64,000 bases of DNA from Eledone cirrhosa (taxonomy: Eukaryota): positions 100,874,001-100,938,000 of the forward strand of contig OZ024743.1 in NCBI GenBank assembly GCA_964016885.1. The letters run 5' to 3'. Positions 59,571 to 64,000 of this stretch are shown piece by piece. The translations under genes and the position numbers were made by a program. The notes under the pieces were generated by a model that was not told where the DNA came from, made no database searches, and was given only the letters and a program-made list of their open reading frames with translations. Positions within the stretch are counted from its first letter, which is position 1; every line of letters begins with the position of its first letter.

Positions 59571-62500
59571 GCCACTCTTTGTATATATTCCCCACTCTTT
59601 CTATATATTCCTCACTCTTTCTATATATTCATCACTCTTTCTATAATATATTCCCCACTCTTTCTATATATTCCCCACTCTTTCTATATATTCCCCACTC
59701 TTTCTATATATTCCTCACTCTTTCTATATATTCCCCACTCTTTCTATATATTCCTCACTCTTTCTATATATTCCTCACTTTTTCTATATGTACCCCACTC
59801 TTTCTATAATATATTCCTCACTCATTCTATATATTCTCCACTCCTTCTATATAGTCCCCACTCTTTCTATATATTCCCCACTCTTTCTCTATATTCCCCA
59901 CTCTTTCTATATATTCCTCACTCTTTCCATATATTCACCACTCTTTCTATATATTGCTCATTCTTTCTATATATTCCCCACTCTTTCTATAATATATTCC
60001 TCACTCTTTCTATATATTCCCTACTTTTTCTATATATTCCCCACTCTTTCTATATATTCCCCACTCTTTCTATATATTCCCCACTCTTTCTATATATTCC
60101 CCACTCTTTCTATATATTCCCCACTCTTTCTATATATTCCTCACTCTTTCTATATATTCCCCACTCTTTCTATATTTTCCCAACTCTTTCTATAATATGT
60201 TTCCCACTCTTTCTATATATTCCCCACTCTTTCTATATATTCCCCACTCTTTCTATATATTCCCCACTCTTTCTATATATTCCCCACTCTTTCTATATAT
60301 TTCTCACTCTTTCTGGAATATATTCCCCACTCTTTCTATATATTCCTCACTCTTTCTATAATATCTAACCTCACTCTTTCTATATATTCCCCACTCATCG
60401 TATATATTCCCCACTCTTTCTATATATTCCCCACTGTTTCTATAATATCTAACCTCACTCTTTCTATATATTCCCCACTCTTTCTATATATTCCTCACTC
60501 TTTCTATATATTCCCCACTCTTTCTATATATTCCCCACTCTTTCTATAATATGTTCCCCACTCTTTCTATATATTCCCCACTCTTTCTATAATATATTCC
60601 CCACTCTTTCTATATATTCCTCACTCTTTCTATAATATCTAACTTCACTCTTTCTATATATTCGCCATTCTTCGTATGAATTCCCAACTCTTTCTATATA
60701 TTACCCACTCTTTCTATATATTCCCCACTCTTTCAATATATTCCTCACTCTTTCTATATATTTCCCCCTCTTTCTATATATTCCTCACTCTTTCTATATA
60801 TTCCCCACTCTTTCTATAATATATTCCCCACTCTTTCTATATATACCCCACTTTTTCTACATATTCCCCACTCTTTCTATATATTCTCCATTCTTTCTAT
60901 ATATTCCCCACTCTTTCTATATATCCCCACTCTTTCTATATATTCCTCACTCTTTCTATAATATATTCCCCACTCTTTCTATATATTCCTCACTCTTTCT
61001 ATAATATCTAACTTCACTCTTTCTATATATTCCCCACTCTTCGTATATATTCCCCAATATTTCTATATATACCCCACTCTTTCTATATATTCCCCACTCT
61101 TTCTATATATTCCTCACTCTTTCTCCATATTCCTCAATCATTCTATATGTTCCCCACTCTTTCTATATATTCCCCACTCTTTCTATATATTCCCCACTCT
61201 TTCTATTATATGTTCCCCACTCTTTCTATATATTCCCCACTCTTTCTATATATTCCTCACTCGTTCTATATATTCCCCACTCTTTCTATATAATCCTCAC
61301 TCTTTCTATATATTCCCCATTCTTCGTATGTATTCCCCACTCTTTCAATATATTCCTTTCTCTTTCTATATATTCCCCCTCTTTCTATATGTTCCTCACT
61401 CTTTCTATAATATATTCCCCTCTTTTTCTATATATTCCCCAATTTTCTATATATTCCCCACTCTTTCTATATATTCCCCACTCTTTCTATATATTCCTCA
61501 CTCTTTCTATAATATCTAACCTCACTCTTTCTATCTATTCCCCACTCTTCGTATATATTCTCCAATCTTTCTATATATTCCCCACTCTTTCTATATATTC
61601 CCCACTCTTTCTATATATTCCTCACTCTTTCTATAATATCTAACCTCACTCTTTCTATATATTCCCCACTCTTTCTATATATTCCTCACTCTTTCTATAT
61701 ATTCCCCACTCTTTCTATATATTCCCCACTCTTTCCATAATATGTTCGCCACTCTTTCTATATATTCCCCACCCTTTCTATACATACCCACTCTTTCTAT
61801 ATATTCTGCACTCTTTCTATATATTCCTCACTCTTTCTATATATTACCCACTCTTTCTATATATTCCCCACTCTTTCTATATATTCCCAACTCTTTCTAT
61901 ATATTCCTCACTCTTTCTATAATATATTCCCCACTCTTTCTATATATTCCTCACTCTTTCTATAATATCTAACCTCACTCTTTCTATATATTCCCCACCC
62001 TTTCTATACATTCGCCACTCTTTCTATATATTCTGCCCTCTTTCTATATATTCCTCACTCTTTCTATATATTCTCCAATCTTTCTATATATTCCCCACTC
62101 TTTCTATATATTCCCCACTCTCTCTATATATTCCTCACTCTTTCTATATATTCCTCACTCTCTCTAGAATATCTTCCGCACACTTTCTATATATTCCCCA
62201 CTCTTTCTATATATTCCTCACTCTTTCTATATATTCCCCACTCTTTCTATATATTCCTCACTCTTTCTATATATTCCCCACTCTTTCTATAAGATATTCC
62301 CCATTCTTTCTATATATTCCCCACTCTTTCTATATATTCCCCACTCTTTCTATATATTCCTCACTCTTTCTATAATATATTCCCCACTCTTTCGATATAT
62401 TCCTCACTCTTTCTATAATATCTAACCTCACTCTTTCTATATATTCCCCACTCTTTCTAAATATTCCTCACTCTTTCTATATATTCCCCACTCTTTCTAT

Positions 62501-64000
62501 ATTATCTAACCTCACTCTTTCTATAATATCTAACATCACTCTTTCTATATATTCCCCACTCTTTCTATATATTCCTCACCCTTTCTATATATTCCCCACT
62601 CTTTCTATAATATGTTCCCCACTCTTTCTAAATATTCCCCACTTTATCTATACATTCCCCACTCTTTCTATATATTCCCCACTCTTTCTATATATTCCTC
62701 ATTCTTTCTATATATTCCCCACTCTTTCTATATATACCTCACTCTTTCTATATATTCCCAACTCTTTCTATATATTCCCCATTCTTTCTATATATTCCTT
62801 ACTCTTTCTATAATATATTCTCCACTCTTTCTATATATTCCGCACTCTTTCTATATATTCCCCACTCTTTCTACATATTCCCCACTCTTTTTATATATTC
62901 CTCACTCTTTCTATATATTTCCCACTCTTTCTATATATTCCTCACTCTTTTTATATATTCCCCACTCTTTCTATATGTTCCCCACTCTTTCTCTATATTC
63001 TCCCCTTTTTCTATATATTCCTCACTCTTTCTATAATATATTCCCCAATCTTTCTATATATTCCCCACTCTTTCTATATATTCCCCACTCTTTCTATATA
63101 TTCTTCACTCTTTCTATATATTCCTCACTTTTTCTATAATATATTCCCCACACTTTCTATATATTCCCCACTCTTTCTATATATTCCCCACTCTTTCTAT
63201 ATATTCTTCACTCTTTCTATATATTCCCCACTCTTTCTATATATTCCTCACTCTTTCTATATATTCCTCACTTTTTCTATATATTCCCCACTCTTTCTAC
63301 AATATATTCCTCACTCTTTCTAATTATTCCCCACACATTCTATATATTCCCCACTCTTTCTATATATTCCCCATTCATTCTATATATTCCCCACTCTTTC
63401 TATTTATTCCCCACTCTTTCTATATATTCCCCACTCTTTCTATAATATGTTCCCCACTCTTTCTATATATTCCCCACTCTTTCTATATATTCCTCACTCG
63501 TTCTATATATTCCCCACTCTTTCTATATGATCCTCACTCTTTCTATAATATCTAATCTCACTCTGTCTATATATTCGCCATTCTTCGCATGTATTCCCCA
63601 CTCTTTCTATATATTACCCACTCTTTCTATATATTCCCCACTCTTTCAATATATTCCTCACTCTTTCTATATATTTCCCACTCTTTCTATATATTCCACA
63701 CTCTTTCTATATATTCCCCACTCTTTCTATAATATATTCCCCACTCTTTCTATATATTCCCCACTTTTTCTATATATTCCCCACTCTTTCTATATATTCC
63801 CCATTCTTTCTATATATTCCCCACTCTTTCTATATATCCCCACTCTTTCTATATATTCCTCACTCTTTCTATAATATATTCCCCACTCTTTCTATATATT
63901 CCTCACTCTTTCTATAATATCTAACCTCACTCTTTCTATATATTCCCCATTCTTCGTATGTATTCCCCACTCTTTCAATATATTCCTTACTCTTTCTATA

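Larger units (their letters stand above)
4730..64000. repeat. Large satellite array of a 20-bp unit, consensus TTCC(C/T)CACTCTTTCTATATA, roughly 2,900 copies, continuing beyond the window
   Basis: The 20-bp period is continuous and in one orientation, with interspersed 23-bp (TATAATAT) and occasional 19/22-bp monomers. I saw no inversion or foreign insertion. The + strand is almost devoid of G. Confidence 0.99.

Noticed and set aside
4556-63874. More than 130 + strand ORFs (up to 725 aa) of YIPHSFYIFPTLSIYSPLFL-type hydrophobic repeats
   Set aside because: A 20-bp unit gives the same 20-aa peptide in all three frames. The G-poor strand lacks stops except in variant monomers, and frequent 19/22/23-bp monomers shift frame freely. 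These are translation artefacts, not membrane proteins.
13-64000. CRISPR array interpretation of either repeat
   Set aside because: Units are head-to-tail with no unique spacers, and no cas genes are present.
4730-64000. Thousands of TATA-box-like TATATA/TATAAT motifs as promoters
   Set aside because: They are an intrinsic part of the satellite monomer, with no downstream gene or other promoter context.

Overview
This window is almost entirely non-coding satellite/minisatellite DNA, most likely from a eukaryotic genome (inferred from the architecture; the taxon cannot be identified from the sequence). It has three parts. (1) 13-~3392 is a tandem array of a 21-bp unit (GTCTAACACAGGTAGTCTATC, about 160 copies). 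(2) ~3393-4729 is a ~1.3-kb unique, AT-rich spacer holding several long imperfect palindromes (88 bp and 116 bp, plus smaller ones) and microsatellites. (3) 4730-64000 is a >59-kb array of a 20-bp unit (TTCC[C/T]CACTCTTTCTATATA, roughly 2,900 copies) that runs off the window end. Rare variant monomers act as barcodes and show nested higher-order duplications with periods of about 0.1, 0.5-0.8, 2.5-2.7, 4.1-4.9, 4.5, 6.3 and 13.8 kb. All long ORFs in the track are translations of the repeats, and I do not call any gene. I found no protein-coding system, RNA gene or CRISPR array. The most unusual signals are the palindrome-dense spacer between two unrelated arrays and the layered higher-order structure of the 20-bp array. 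Boundaries of the higher-order blocks were read by eye and are approximate.
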